A stretch of DNA of 64,000 nt from Octopus bimaculoides (taxonomy: Eukaryota): contig NC_068997.1 of the NCBI RefSeq assembly GCF_001194135.2, positions 4,428,687-4,492,686 of the forward strand. The letters are read 5' to 3'. Positions 50,315 through 61,592 of the stretch are shown piece after piece (within the stretch, counting starts at the first letter, position 1; every line of letters starts with the position of its first letter). The position numbers and the translations under genes were made by a program. Under the pieces are notes generated by a model. That model did no database searches. It saw nothing but the letters and a program-made list of their open reading frames with translations, and was not told the DNA's origin.

Positions 50315-50535
50315 AAGGCGGCGTGCTGGCAGAGCGGCAGAGCGTCAGCGCGCCGGACGAAATGCTTAGCGGTATTTCGTCTGTCTTTACGTTCCGTGTT
50401 CATATTCCGCCGAGGTGGACTTTGCTTTTCATCCTCTCAGGGTCGATAAATTCAGTACCAGTTGCACACTAGGGTCGATCTAATCGACTGGCACCCTCCC
50501 TAAAATTTCAGGCCTTGTGCCTAAAGTAGAAAAAA
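50315..50535 (+). mobile_element. SINE family B, complete with common tail
   Basis: AAGGCGGCGTGCTGGCAGAGC...CCGCCGAGGTGGACTTTGCTTTTCATCC...TAAAATTTCAGGCCTTGTGCCTAAAGTAGAAA. Confidence 0.9.
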
Positions 50536-50606
50536 AAATTTAGTGACTCAAGGGTCGACAGTTTCGTGCGTTGGCCCTTTTGAAATTATGTGCATATGTG
50601 TGTGTG

Positions 50607-50644
<38 letters not shown>

Positions 50645-50650
50645 TACATG

Positions 50651-51066
50651 AGTGGAAGCGCCATGGCCTCCACACATAGATTAGGGCAGCGGTCTCGCGG
50701 TTTCGATTCCCAGAGCGGGCGTTGTGAGTGTTTATTGAGCGAAAACACCTAAAGCTCCACGAGCTCCGGCGGTGGGGTAGGGTGTCAAACCCTGCTGTAC
50801 TCTTTCTCTCTTTCTTCCTGTTTCTGTTGTACCTGTATTTCNNNNNNNNNNTACTCTTTCTCTCTTTCTTCCTGTTTCTGTTGTACCTGTATTTCAAAGA
50901 GCCAGCCATGTCACACTCTGTGTCACGCTGAATCTCACTGAGAACTACATTAAGGGTACACGTGTCTGTGGAGCTCTCAGCCACTTGCACGTTAATTTCA
51001 TGAACAGGCTTTTCCGTTGATCAGTTCAACTGGAACACTCGTCGTCGCAACTGACGGAGTACCACG
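50651..51066 (+). mobile_element. SINE family C (contains a gap-flanking duplication)
   Basis: Matches the 43644 copy through the head, body and GGAGT.CCA tail. Confidence 0.88.
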
Positions 51067-51126
<60 letters not shown>

Positions 51127-51179
51127 ATAAATATATACAATAAATATTACATCCTATGTAGCGTATATACTTCCTTCTA

Positions 51180-51724
51180 TTGGATTGGTTACTAAGTTCC
51201 CGACGTTTTTTTTTTAATTTTAATTTTTTAAAAGGTTCAATAAGAAATAACAACTAATTAATCAATAATGTATTCGCTCTTGTTGTTTTCAACTTCTTCC
51301 CAACTTTCAACAAGATTTTTAATACCTCATTGGTAAACATCACCCGATTTAGACTCGAAAAATTGATCCAACCAAGCTCTCAATTCTGCATCAGTATTAA
51401 ACGAAACTCCGCGCATAGTATTTGAAAAAGATCGAAAGAGGTGAAAATCCGTTGGTGCCAAATCATGATGTCACAAGCAGCTTTTTCGGCCTTAGAACCT
51501 TGATTAAAAACAAAATGAAGGAGGTGTCGAAAATGCTCGTTTTTCTTAATTTGACATTCCATTTTAATGATCTGAAAATAAACAAAAATTAACTAGAAAA
51601 AAAACAAAATAGATTCCAAAATGATTCAAAAATAGAATTCTCGAGAAAAATATATTCCAAAATTTAAAAACGCAATAAATTTCAAAATTTTAAAAAAACG
51701 GCGGGAACTTAGTTGCCAAACCAA
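51180..51724 (-). mobile_element. Internally deleted mariner element with TA target duplication
   Basis: TA|TTGGATTGGTTACTAAGTTCCCGACG ... CGGCGGGAACTTAGTTGCCAAACCAA|TA; minus ORF KNEHFRHLLHFVFNQGSKAEKAACDI resembles a mariner transposase N-terminus. Confidence 0.9.
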
Positions 51725-52405
51725 TACATTAGAATTGCACTTATAACCTAGTAGAGATAATATAAAATTTAAAACGTAGAGGAATAGTGATTTTAACCCA
51801 TTAAAATCTCGTTAGAATAATGTAGTAAGAACTAAATACGTTCTTACAGTCAGGGTTGCTATATGAAAGACGAAACAGATTAGTAGCATGTATAGAGACT
51901 TTGAATAAAAAAAAGTGGGCTGAGAATGCATTGATGTAATACTTAACACGTTCATCTGGAATACATTAGAATGTGTAGTTTGGCTCCCGGGGGATTTTCT
52001 CAGAACAATTTTACGTCTTGTCTTTTTTGTTGTTGTAGCTTTTTGTTCGTAAAGTATTTAACTCGATTTAAACAATATTTTATAATCGAAAGTCTTAACC
52101 ATCTACTATTTTCTAGTGCACCTATGTGACTCTCTGAGTTTGTGTTTGTGTTTATGGGTGTGGTTTAAAATGAGTCTGTTTATATATATGAAATAATGAG
52201 GATTAATTGAATGTAGAACACTTAAGAAATGTAGTCTTGTCAATAGTGTAATTGAAAATTTTAAGTTTTCACCAGTATTTCGAGAAACTTCGAAGACAGT
52301 GGCAATTAATAAAAATTATGTATGTATGTGTATAGTTGCCTACAAGGCGAACAATATTTTGACATAAATAATTATTATGTAGAATATGCGTATACATCTA
52401 TGAAT

Positions 52406-52406
<1 letters not shown>

Positions 52407-52486
<80 letters not shown>
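52407..52486. repeat. (TG)n microsatellite
   Basis: Direct tandem TG. Confidence 0.97.
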
Positions 52487-52493
<7 letters not shown>

Positions 52494-52921
52494 TTTAGAA
52501 CGTAAATATAAAAACACCAAACAATGTAAATTAATCATTTTTCAAGATTTTCTCGAAGCCATTGTAACATCTTTAACATCGTCAGATATGGGAGCTGCAC
52601 TCCAGTATAGTGTAGGATGTCTTTGCCTGTGTAGCAGTGACAATACAGACCCAGATCTAAAAGCAGTACTTCATCACGGATCGTACAGTTTATGCTGGCG
52701 TATAAGACGCACTTGCTTTATTCTTAAATATAACAAAAGGCATCATGCGTCTAATGCGACCGTGTTTCGGATGAGATGCCGAATGTAATAGGTGTATGAT
52801 GAAAGTATTAAATTTATTTTTTGCATAAAACATACCTTTTTACTACAACAATGTAAGGGTTTGTCTTATACAAGTTTGCGTCTTATATACCAGCATATAC
52901 GGTATATACGATATATATATA

Positions 52922-53814
52922 TACAAGGTCTGATGAATAAGTATCCGATCCGGACTGTTGCCATAGTAACGAAGCTAAAGCACGCAGAGTAAAGCCTCTT
53001 GGCAAAATTGACCTTGAATTTTGCTATGCATGCACACTAAGTTTTAACGTTCAAGCTCACTTCCGCTGTTTACAGCACTGATTGGAAAGAAGGTGTGTAG
53101 CGTGTGATCGTCGCAGTGACCACGACAGAGAAAGTTGTCATGATGAGACCTGCTCAGAGGCCTACGCAAAGTTGCAAAAGGTATATGGAGAGAAATGTAT
53201 GAGCCGCAAGTGTACGAGTGATTCAGACATTTCCAAGATAGCCAAAAGAATGTCGCTAATGACGAACGTCCTAAGAGACCCGCAACCAGCAGAACTGAAA
53301 AAATTGCAGATGTGCGTGCAGTTGTGAGGGGAAATCGTCGAATCACCACCTGTGAGTTATCAGAGGATGTGCAGATTAGTTACGGTTCAGTTCAATCCAT
53401 TATCATTGAAGATATGGGTATGAGATGAGTGTCTGCCAAGTTTGTGCCACAACTGCTTTCACCTGACCAAAAAGACTCTCGGCTTTCAGTTGCACAAGAT
53501 CTCCTTGACTGTATCGAGAAAGATGAAATGTTTTTGAAAATTTTGCGTAGACCCCTGGGTAGGTATCACAAAGCTTTTGGCAAAATCTGATGTAGATTCT
53601 CTGCTCAACTTTCTGTCATTGTCAATGCGATGACCACACGCTACACACCTTCCTTTGAAGCACTGCTGTAAACAACGGGAGTGAGCTAGAAGGTTAAAAC
53701 TTAGTGCACATGCACAGCAGAGTACAAGGTCAATCTGTGCCCAACGGCTTTACTGTGCGTGCTTTAGCGTCGTTACTATAGCAACACTCGGATACTTATT
53801 GATCAGCCCTCGTA
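52922..53814 (+). mobile_element. Non-autonomous mariner derivative with ~160-bp inverted termini
   Basis: TACAAGGTCTGATGAATAAGTATCCGA...GCTAAAGCACGCAGAGTAAAGCC is mirrored by GGCTTTACTGTGCGTGCTTTAGC...TCGGATACTTATTGATCAGCCCTCGTA. The interior encodes EAYAKLQKVYGEKCMSR and FVPQLLSPDQK (WVPxxL-like); the catalytic domain is absent. Confidence 0.9.
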
Positions 53815-53918
53815 CATATAAAGTACATTATAAATTGCTTACTTTATTGATTAATAACAAAAATAATATAAAAATTGTAACATACAATAAGGTAATATCA
53901 TTATTTGTGTTTCTTCTT

Positions 53919-54125
53919 AAGGTGGCCAGCCGACAGAATTGTTGGCAGACCGTATAAAGTGCTTAGTGGAATTTCGTCTGAGTTCGAATTCCGCCGATGT
54001 TAACTTTGCCTTTCATCTTTACAGTGTCTTTGAAATAAGTACCAGTTGAGAACTGACGTTGATGTAATCGACTAGCCCTTCCTCTCACCTAAAATTTTAG
54101 GCATTGTGGCTACAGTAGAAGGGAT
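53919..54125 (+). mobile_element. SINE family B
   Basis: GAGTTCGAATTCCGCCGATGTTAACTTTGCCTTTCATC...AAATAAGTACCAG...TAAAATTTTAGGCATTGTGGCTACAGTAGAA. Confidence 0.8.
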
Positions 54126-54625
54126 TGTTTGTTTTTAATAAATATTCTATAAATAAAATATAACAATAGCACGAATTAATCACTTATTTTTAGAATAATA
54201 AAATGATATTATCTTAAAGCCAAAAATAAAATTAGATTTTTCACGAAGCAAACAGAAGACAATTCTGCAAGTGACGTTATCAAATCGTTATATCAGTGAG
54301 AGCTGATAACGCATCTCTACTATAATGTTGCTTGGCATTATGGGAGAAAACAGTCTAATGGCGATATCGGTTGGGTTACTTTCTGAAATCACGTGGATGC
54401 AAAGTTTAATAGGATGAGATATTGTTTAAAGTGTGAATATAAGACGAATCACGTATCAGCGCGATATTTTCATAGTTACATCAATATGTCGGCCAGAAGA
54501 ATCTTTAGTTAACACTTTTATGTGTTCACCAGAAGATAAAGTGTGGAACAGCAGTTCATGGGAATATTGATGTCGATACCATTATTACTGTGCTCAGTTT
54601 GATATATGACTGAGCACCATCACAT

Positions 54626-54628
<3 letters not shown>

Positions 54629-54720
<92 letters not shown>

Positions 54721-54722
54721 TG

Positions 54723-54756
<34 letters not shown>

Positions 54757-54757
54757 A
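54629..54757. repeat. (CT)n microsatellite
   Basis: Long CT array. Confidence 0.96.
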
Positions 54758-55036
54758 GTGTATATTTTATACACACACGCACACACATATATATATATTT
54801 TCAAATGTATGCGTCAGATAATATGTATACTATATATATATGGCAGTTCCCCAATATGGTCGCAGTCCAATGACTGAGGCAAATAAAACAAGACAAGGAA
54901 TTGGAGTGTGTATGTATTGTTAGCATCATGAGAATTTAAAAACTTCAAGGAGATTTGAAATAATTCTTTACTGGAAGAATGAAATTTGAAGAAAAAGATA
55001 AAATTATGATTAACAGCCTGTAAATATTTGATCAAA

Positions 55037-55109
55037 GGCTACCCGTGGGACTCGAAACCACATCGACTGTAAACATGACAAGCGTTCTACCGATAGACCA
55101 AAGCAAACC
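55037..55109 (-). pseudogene. tRNA-like degenerate sequence (73 nt)
   Basis: Minus strand GGTTTGCTTTGGTCTATCGGTAGAACGCTTG...GTGGTTTCGAGTCCCACGGGTAGCC with box A/B-like motifs and a T arm; stems imperfect. Confidence 0.4.
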
Positions 55110-55440
55110 TTCGAATTTCTCTATTCATTTTAAAAACTTATTTTTACCAGCTCCTACAGGTAACCTTCAACTTTTTTTTTATCCAATAAATTTTTTAAAC
55201 CAATATTAACAAGCTATTATGTGTGAATTAATCTGCCACCACTCTAAAAGAGAATTCTTTCATATTCTCTCGAAGTTTCTAAATTCTCATGACGTCAACA
55301 GCATGCAATTCATGCTGGTATGAATGAAGTTTCTAAAATTGAACCACATTTAATAGAGTCCATTCTGTTAAAGACACCGGGCCAGGATAACTATGACCTC
55401 AGAATAAATCCTTTTCAGTAATGTTGAAGACCTTTTAAAG

Positions 55441-55695
55441 CAGTGGTTCTCAACCGGGGTCCTTATGACTCTTAGGGGTCCATGTAAGATTTTGTCCGTT
55501 AGAAATTATGTGCAATAAATTCGTTATGCTTCTACAATACACAAAACATTTAAACAATTTTTTAATACAATTCCTAATAATATTTAATTATTAAAATGTA
55601 ATAATAGGATTTTTAAATATCGAATGGCTATGGGGTTCATATGAGTAAAATAGGAACCAAAGGGGTCCATGATCAAAAATGGTTGAGAACTACTG
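55441..55695. mobile_element. hAT (Charlie-like) MITE, 255 bp
   Basis: TIRs CAGTGGTTCTCAACC / GGTTGAGAACTACTG; internal GGGGTCC repeats; flanks TTTTAAAG and CTCTAAAA resemble a decayed 8-bp TSD. Confidence 0.85.
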
Positions 55696-56687
55696 CTCTA
55701 AAAAAAATCGTGGGCGCTTCCCATTCTAGTAAAACCAATACAAAACAAAAACTATGACAAATTAATGGATGTCGATACACCATTGAGACAAGAAATAATA
55801 TTATTTCTTAGAAATAACGATATCGTTAGAAGAGAAGTAAGAGAAGAAGGCAACAGAGGAGTTAATGAAATACTGCTAACATTTGGCAGGACTTATCCGA
55901 ACGCTCTTGTCACTAATTCATAACGATGGAAACTGATAGCTTAATTAGAGCAGAGTTCTTCATCAGCGGAAAGACATAAAGTAAGTTGATTTATGTTAAA
56001 TGAACGTCTCGTTAAAGACGGAATCGGCTTTTAGCGAATGATATTATGAATCAGCTATATTACTTTTCTTAAAAGCAAATAGTGAAGAGTCCATTGTGGC
56101 TTGGCAAAATATATTGGATACATAAACCAGTCTTTCAACTTGAATTTTTAATTGTATTAAATGAAAAAGATTTAGTTGAAGAGAAGTTCGTGACTTATAA
56201 AAATCAAAACTATAACCTACGACCGCAGATTCGGTGAGTTCATTCTAGTCATGAGAAAATAAAATATAAACTTAAGGAAACGTTTGCTGAACAATAGAAT
56301 GTATACAACATGAACAGACTGCGTGACTGCGACAACATACAATTAACTGTTGCTTTTCAAAGCATGCAGTGAATCTGTCAACTAAGAGCGGGTGAGTACG
56401 ATATATCTAAATGAATGTAACATTCATTTTTCTGCACCAGGATTAGCTTTCTTTTTCTTCTACCACAACAACCACCACCACCACTACTATTATTATTACT
56501 TCTATTTCTCTTTCTTCTCGAACGTAGAATCGACAAGGAAGAGATAAGAACTCAGAACATAAAATACTGTAGCTAAATACCACGTATCAGAGCCTCAATC
56601 AATATCTCACTGTCTTGATTCAAATTAATAATTATTTCAACTGAGTGAAAGGTTTAGTGGAATATATCTAAGGTTTCTGTTGATCTA

Positions 56688-56945
56688 CTACTACTTTGTC
56701 CATCTCTCTTTCGATTCTTTTAATCTACCACCATTTTATCCATCTGTCTATTAATCCTGTTAATCCAATATCATTTTGTCCATTAATTTATTAATTTTGT
56801 TAATCCACCGCTGTTTTGTCCATCATTCTATTAATTTTGTTAATCTACCACCATTTTGTCCATCACTCTATTAATTCTATTAATCTACGCTGTTTTGTCC
56901 ATCATTCTGTCAATTCTATTAATCCACCACCATTTTGTCCAGCAG
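56688..56945. repeat. ~40-bp minisatellite, ~7 units
   Basis: Unit consensus approximately CTACCACCATTTTGTCCATCATTCTATTAATTCTGTTAAT. Confidence 0.85.
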
Positions 56946-57217
56946 TCCTTAAATTCTGCCAGTCCTCAACTCTAGAATTTATTAAACATTTAATCGGTCC
57001 CTGATCCTGAAAGGTGGCCGAGTGAACAGTTGTACTAGATAACTGATTAAACCTTTAAGTGTTCATTTTTTTTTCCATTGGCAATGCGCTCTACTTTCTC
57101 AAGTGGACTTCCCTTGTATACTTTTGATAAATTAAATACTAACATGATGTTAACGCCTTAATTATAACTTAATATAAAGCCAAAGTAAACAAGAGGGTCC
57201 AAACTTTAATCAATTTT

Positions 57218-58055
57218 GGTGTGGCTGTGTGGTAAGAAGTTTGCTTTCCGGCCACATGGTTCCAGGTTTAGTCTGATTGGGGCCTGTATCTAGGGCGAGT
57301 GTCTCCAACTATAACCCCAGGCTGACCAAATTCCTGTGAGTGGATTTAGTAGGCGGAAACTGAAAGAAACCCGTGCCAGGAGTGGCTGTGTGGTAAGTAG
57401 CTTGCTTACCAACCACATGGTTCTGGGTTCAGTCCCACTGCGTGGCACCTTGAGCAAGTGTCTTCTACTATAGCCTCGCGCCGACTAAAGCCTTGTGAGT
57501 GGATTTGGTAGACGGAAACTGAAAGAAGCCCGTCGTATATATGTATATATATATATGTATATATATATATGTATGTGTGTATGTGTTTGTGTGTCTGTGT
57601 TTGTCCCCCCCCCCAACATCGCTTGACAACCGATGCTGGTGTGTTTACGTCCCTGTAACATAGCGGTTCGGCAAAATTGACCGATAGAATAAGTACTAGG
57701 CTTACAAAGAATAAGTCCTGGGGTCGATTTGCTCAATTAAAGGCGGTGCTACGGCATGGCCACAGTCAAATGACTGAAACAAGTAAAAGAGTAAAAGAGT
57801 AACAGAGTATATGTACTTGTGTGTGTGTATATAGGTACGTATCAACTCGTGTCTGTCTTTATATTACCGCTTGACAACTGGTGTTGGTTTAAATACCTCC
57901 CCGTAACTTAGCGGTTCGGTAAAAAAATCCAGTAGAATAAGTAGAATAACTTTAAAAAAGAATAACTTTTAAAAAATTATCGAAGTCGATCTGTTCGACT
58001 AAACTCTTCAGGGCAGTTCCCCAGCATGGCCGCAGTCCAGTGCCTGAAACAAATA
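57218..58055 (+). mobile_element. SINE family A cluster: 5' half (57218-57375), complete copy (57376-57810), 3' half (57845-58055)
   Basis: Two heads (GTGGCTGTGTGGTAAG at ~57221 and ~57382) and two tails (GCATGGCC.CAGTC.A.TG.CTGAAACAA at ~57753 and ~58024). Confidence 0.88.
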
Positions 58056-58462
58056 GAAGGAAAACGATGAATATATCTTTCGACATGTACTCTTAGACAT
58101 GGATGTATATGTAGAGTGCGATCTGTCCTCGTCGCAATGTTTTTCCGGGAGGCAAGACATTCAATGCTTGATCAGCTTAGTCCACTTAACTATAAATAGG
58201 TACTACAGGAAGGGAGCAGCTTGCTACTGTAAGCAACATCAGATCGATAGAACCGTTGGTATGTCACACAAAATATTTAGTGAGCTTTTGTTACATCTCG
58301 TTATATTCTGAGTTCGAATACTGAAAGTATTTCCATTTCATCCTTGTGAGGTCAATAAACTAAAATACCATTGAAATGCTGAAGCCAGTCTATTTGCCTA
58401 CACTTTCTCTGACAAACAGTCTCATCTTGTGGCTATGTTAGAAATGTTAGAAATTTTATTAA

Positions 58463-58543
58463 TGGTTGGTTGGTTGGTTGGTTGGCTGGTTGGTTGGTTG
58501 GTTGGTTGGTTGGTTGGTTGGTTGGTTGGTTGGTTGGCTGGTT
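58463..58543. repeat. (TTGG)n microsatellite
   Basis: Direct tandem TTGG. Confidence 0.95.
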
Positions 58544-58544
58544 G

Positions 58545-59445
58545 CAGCGATACTGTTCAATATGGAGGAAGACTCAAAAATACTGAGAGTAACGAGAGCT
58601 AAATGGTTGAATTGTTCGGGGTACGGAATAGAGATGGCCGTACAGGCAAGTTTAAGTGACCTAAAAAAATTGCGGAGGAGATACTTCTACCCGAAGACGT
58701 GAGACTGAGAGTGGTAGTGGAGGGTAGGCCTCCCATATGCTTACCTGTGTGGCGAGAAAGGCCATATGAAGGCGAGGTGCCCCCAAAGAGACGAGAAGGA
58801 ACAACAAAAGGAACAATCTGAGGAGTAGGACTGGGTGGACGAAATGGTACAGGATGAGGAGAGACAGCAGTAACAGAGGAAGAATTTACAAAAGTAAAAA
58901 AGCGAAAGGGGAAAGAAAGAGTAAGCTTTCCGCCGGAGAGGCAGAAAAAGAAATAAAGAAATAAATAAGGAGGTTGAGAAGGAGGTGGAGAAAGAGGTTG
59001 AGGAGGAGCTCGAGGAGGAGCTCGAGAGAAAGGAGACAGCAGCAAGAGTACTAGCGATACCAGTGGAGGGGGACGTTTTAAGCGATGTAGAAAGACAATA
59101 GCATGAAGAAACAGCTACACTAACCAAAATGGAGGAGGGTAAAGACAGAGAGAAGGCGCCAAGAGTGGAGCAAGGTAAAGGCAAACAAGCGAGAAGGCCG
59201 AGAAAGTACAGATGGAATTTCGTTACAAATGCGAAGAGCTCAGCAAACTACGAGTAAAAACATTCAAATGGTATTGCATGAGAGTGGGGCTCATGCAGCC
59301 ACTTCATTTTTTATTTTTTCATTTTTATATAAAATTTTTCTCATTTTTCATTCGTTTCATGTTCTTGTCTCCACTGTGGCGTTCTGTCTGTCCTTTCGCT
59401 GTCCCCTCTGTGTTTGGCCCTTGTGGCTGGAAATAAAAATCAATA
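58545..59445 (+). mobile_element. ORF1-only L1/Tx1-type non-LTR element (gag-like zinc knuckle), frameshifted
   Basis: 58669-58740 reads [24 protein letters not shown]. With a +1/-1 frame repair it continues YLCGEKGHMKARCP (CX2CX4HX4C), then a Glu/Lys-rich tract, a T-rich 3' UTR and AATAAA. No RT or endonuclease is seen. Confidence 0.7.
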
Positions 59446-59454
59446 TTTTATTAA

Positions 59455-59680
59455 TGGGCTGGCGGAGGTGGTAGACCGACGGAGGAATAGTTTGTGGTAT
59501 TCAGTTAGGTGATTTTTTGTATTGTGTTCAAACCGGATCGAGGTCAATGTTGCTTTTTGATACTTCTCTAGCGCACGGAGTCGATAAAATATAGTACCAG
59601 CTAACGACTGGGGGACAATGTTATTGAGAATACCATCGCTTAAAATGTGTAGCCTTTCGCGGATATTCGAACAGAATATT
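59455..59680 (+). mobile_element. SINE family B, old diverged copy
   Basis: TGTGTTCAAACCGGATCGAGGTCAATGTTGCTTT...GTCGATAAAATATAGTACCAG...ACTGGGG. Confidence 0.6.
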
Positions 59681-59974
59681 CTAATTATGTATTAATATAG
59701 CTGTATTTTTTAATAAGATTTTAGATTTCAAAATTCTTTTAGATTTGACACGCAAGGAAATATAATTGAGGTGCATCAGGTAATCATTCACTTCCATTTG
59801 TTAAAAGTAAACAAACGTACAGTTGAATTCTATAATGATGTATAATAAAACTTTTACTTCAAATGAACAATGTAATACGCTACAGACTCAAACATATGAC
59901 CTAGATTCACGGTATCAATATTCCTTTCTATTCTAGGCACAAGGCCCGAAATTTTGGTGGGAAGAGGCCCTTGC

Positions 59975-60107
59975 TTGAAGTCGATGGCGATTTTATTGAA
60001 TAAATTTACTCTTTAATATTTCAAGATATTTTCATGTAATTATAGTAAATATATCTCTTAAAATGAGATGTCAGTGTTATTTTCATTTTTGCGTAATTTA
60101 GATGCAC

Positions 60108-60111
<4 letters not shown>
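59975..60111 (+). mobile_element. 3' terminal fragment of the maT-type family at 21953
   Basis: TTGAAG.C.AT.GCGATTTTATTGAATAAATTT matches 22675-22710; ends TGCACTCTG|TA, the near reverse complement of CAGGGTGCA. Confidence 0.75.
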
Positions 60112-60154
<43 letters not shown>

Positions 60155-60155
60155 G

Positions 60156-60361
60156 TACGAAAAGTGTTGCAAAGTTGCTGGTTTTAAAGATATCGCGAAA
60201 GGCCTGGCTGGAGACCCAGACTTCCAAGTTCTTTTACAGGGCTTAGAAAACCTGAAGGATCGCTGCAATAAGAGGGGAATATGTTGGATAGAAATCATAA
60301 TCAACTGATTATGATTATATCCTTTTACCCAAAGCCAGGAAGTTTTCAGCACCCCCTCGTA
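60156..60361. mobile_element. mariner-derived MITE (family shared with 21014-21204)
   Basis: Ends ...TTACCCAAAGCCAGGAAGTTTTCAGCACCCCCTCGTA; interior GAAAACCTGAAGGATCGCTGCAATAAG...GGGGAATATGTTG resembles the end of a mariner transposase gene. Confidence 0.8.
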
Positions 60362-60612
60362 TATATGTATGAATATATATATATATATACATACATACAT
60401 ACATACATACATACATACATACATACATACATGTACTCAAACGAACTGGAGTTTCATTTTATAACTTCACACACGTTTCGACTGCGACGAGAAATTATAA
60501 TTATGAATTAGTGAGAAAAAGGAAAACTTGTTTTGAAATGCGTATCTGCTCTATATGCATATTTTATTGAAATGTAGATATGGTGTATGTACGCTCTTTA
60601 CTAGAATGTGTG

Positions 60613-60661
<49 letters not shown>

Positions 60662-61592
60662 CGATGTTTTAGTTTATTCCAGAAACAAGTGTACGATGAA
60701 GAAAAGAAATAGTTTTTGTTATAATAATGTCTAAGTGTCGTATCAGCCCATTGGTACGTGTAATGGCGTGAAAAAAGCTCTTAATTAGCTACCTTTTGCT
60801 ATAAGCACATAGCTACTCGTTCACACCTTGAAAATGTGTTAAACTGAATAATAAGCAAACAATAAACAAACAAAACAAATGTATATTTTAGAAAATAATC
60901 GAACGAGCCTGCAACGTTTAATTTCTATGTTTGAGGATGTATTTTTATGTCGATGGCGACGAAAAGACGAATGCAACACTATTGGTTGGTGAGTTGTGAA
61001 GACTTGACTCAGGTTATGATTTATAATTTACTATAAATGCTACCTGTTAAGGTTTCACCGAGGGGAAGGGCAGATCTATTAATTTCAACTACACACACAC
61101 ACACGCACACGCACACACACACACACACATATACATATATATATAGAAGTGGAGATAACAAGAGAAATGAATATTAAATATTTAATAGATATAATGTTTG
61201 ATATTTGAGATTGTAGAACAGTAGAACACCGTTCTAGAACAACCATTCATTTTAATGCATGGTAGAATGAATAAACAAGTAAATAGATAAATAAATTTAT
61301 GAAACGAAAATGAAAACCAGTTTGACGAGTGAATTAATGTTATTTTTTTTTTTATTATTTAGAGAGTGAGATATAAATATTGCGGCAGTTTGCGAGATTA
61401 TAAATGCAATATTGAAATATGAGCAAAAGTTTAAAATGTAAGCATTTTGTAATACAGTCACTTTTGACAATATGTGTGTATGTGTGTGCGTTCGTACATG
61501 AAGGTATCGGCACTTCAAGCATGCTGGAGATAAGTCGTTTTCGCCCTTGCTCCCTTAATTCTAATTGTGTGTGTGTGTGTGTGTGTGTGTGT

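Noticed and set aside
55765-55990. Short ORF MDVDTPLRQEIILFLR... and a nearby strong AAA|GTAAGT donor
   Set aside because: A 52-aa ORF with no recognisable similarity; the candidate exon has stops in all three frames.
56688-56945. Regularly spaced repeat as a CRISPR array
   Set aside because: Eukaryotic context, no unique spacers and no cas genes; it is a minisatellite.
60470-60500. ACGTTTCGACTG (minus strand GTCGAAACGT) as a third hammerhead
   Set aside because: No CUGANGA core or stem II upstream on that strand.
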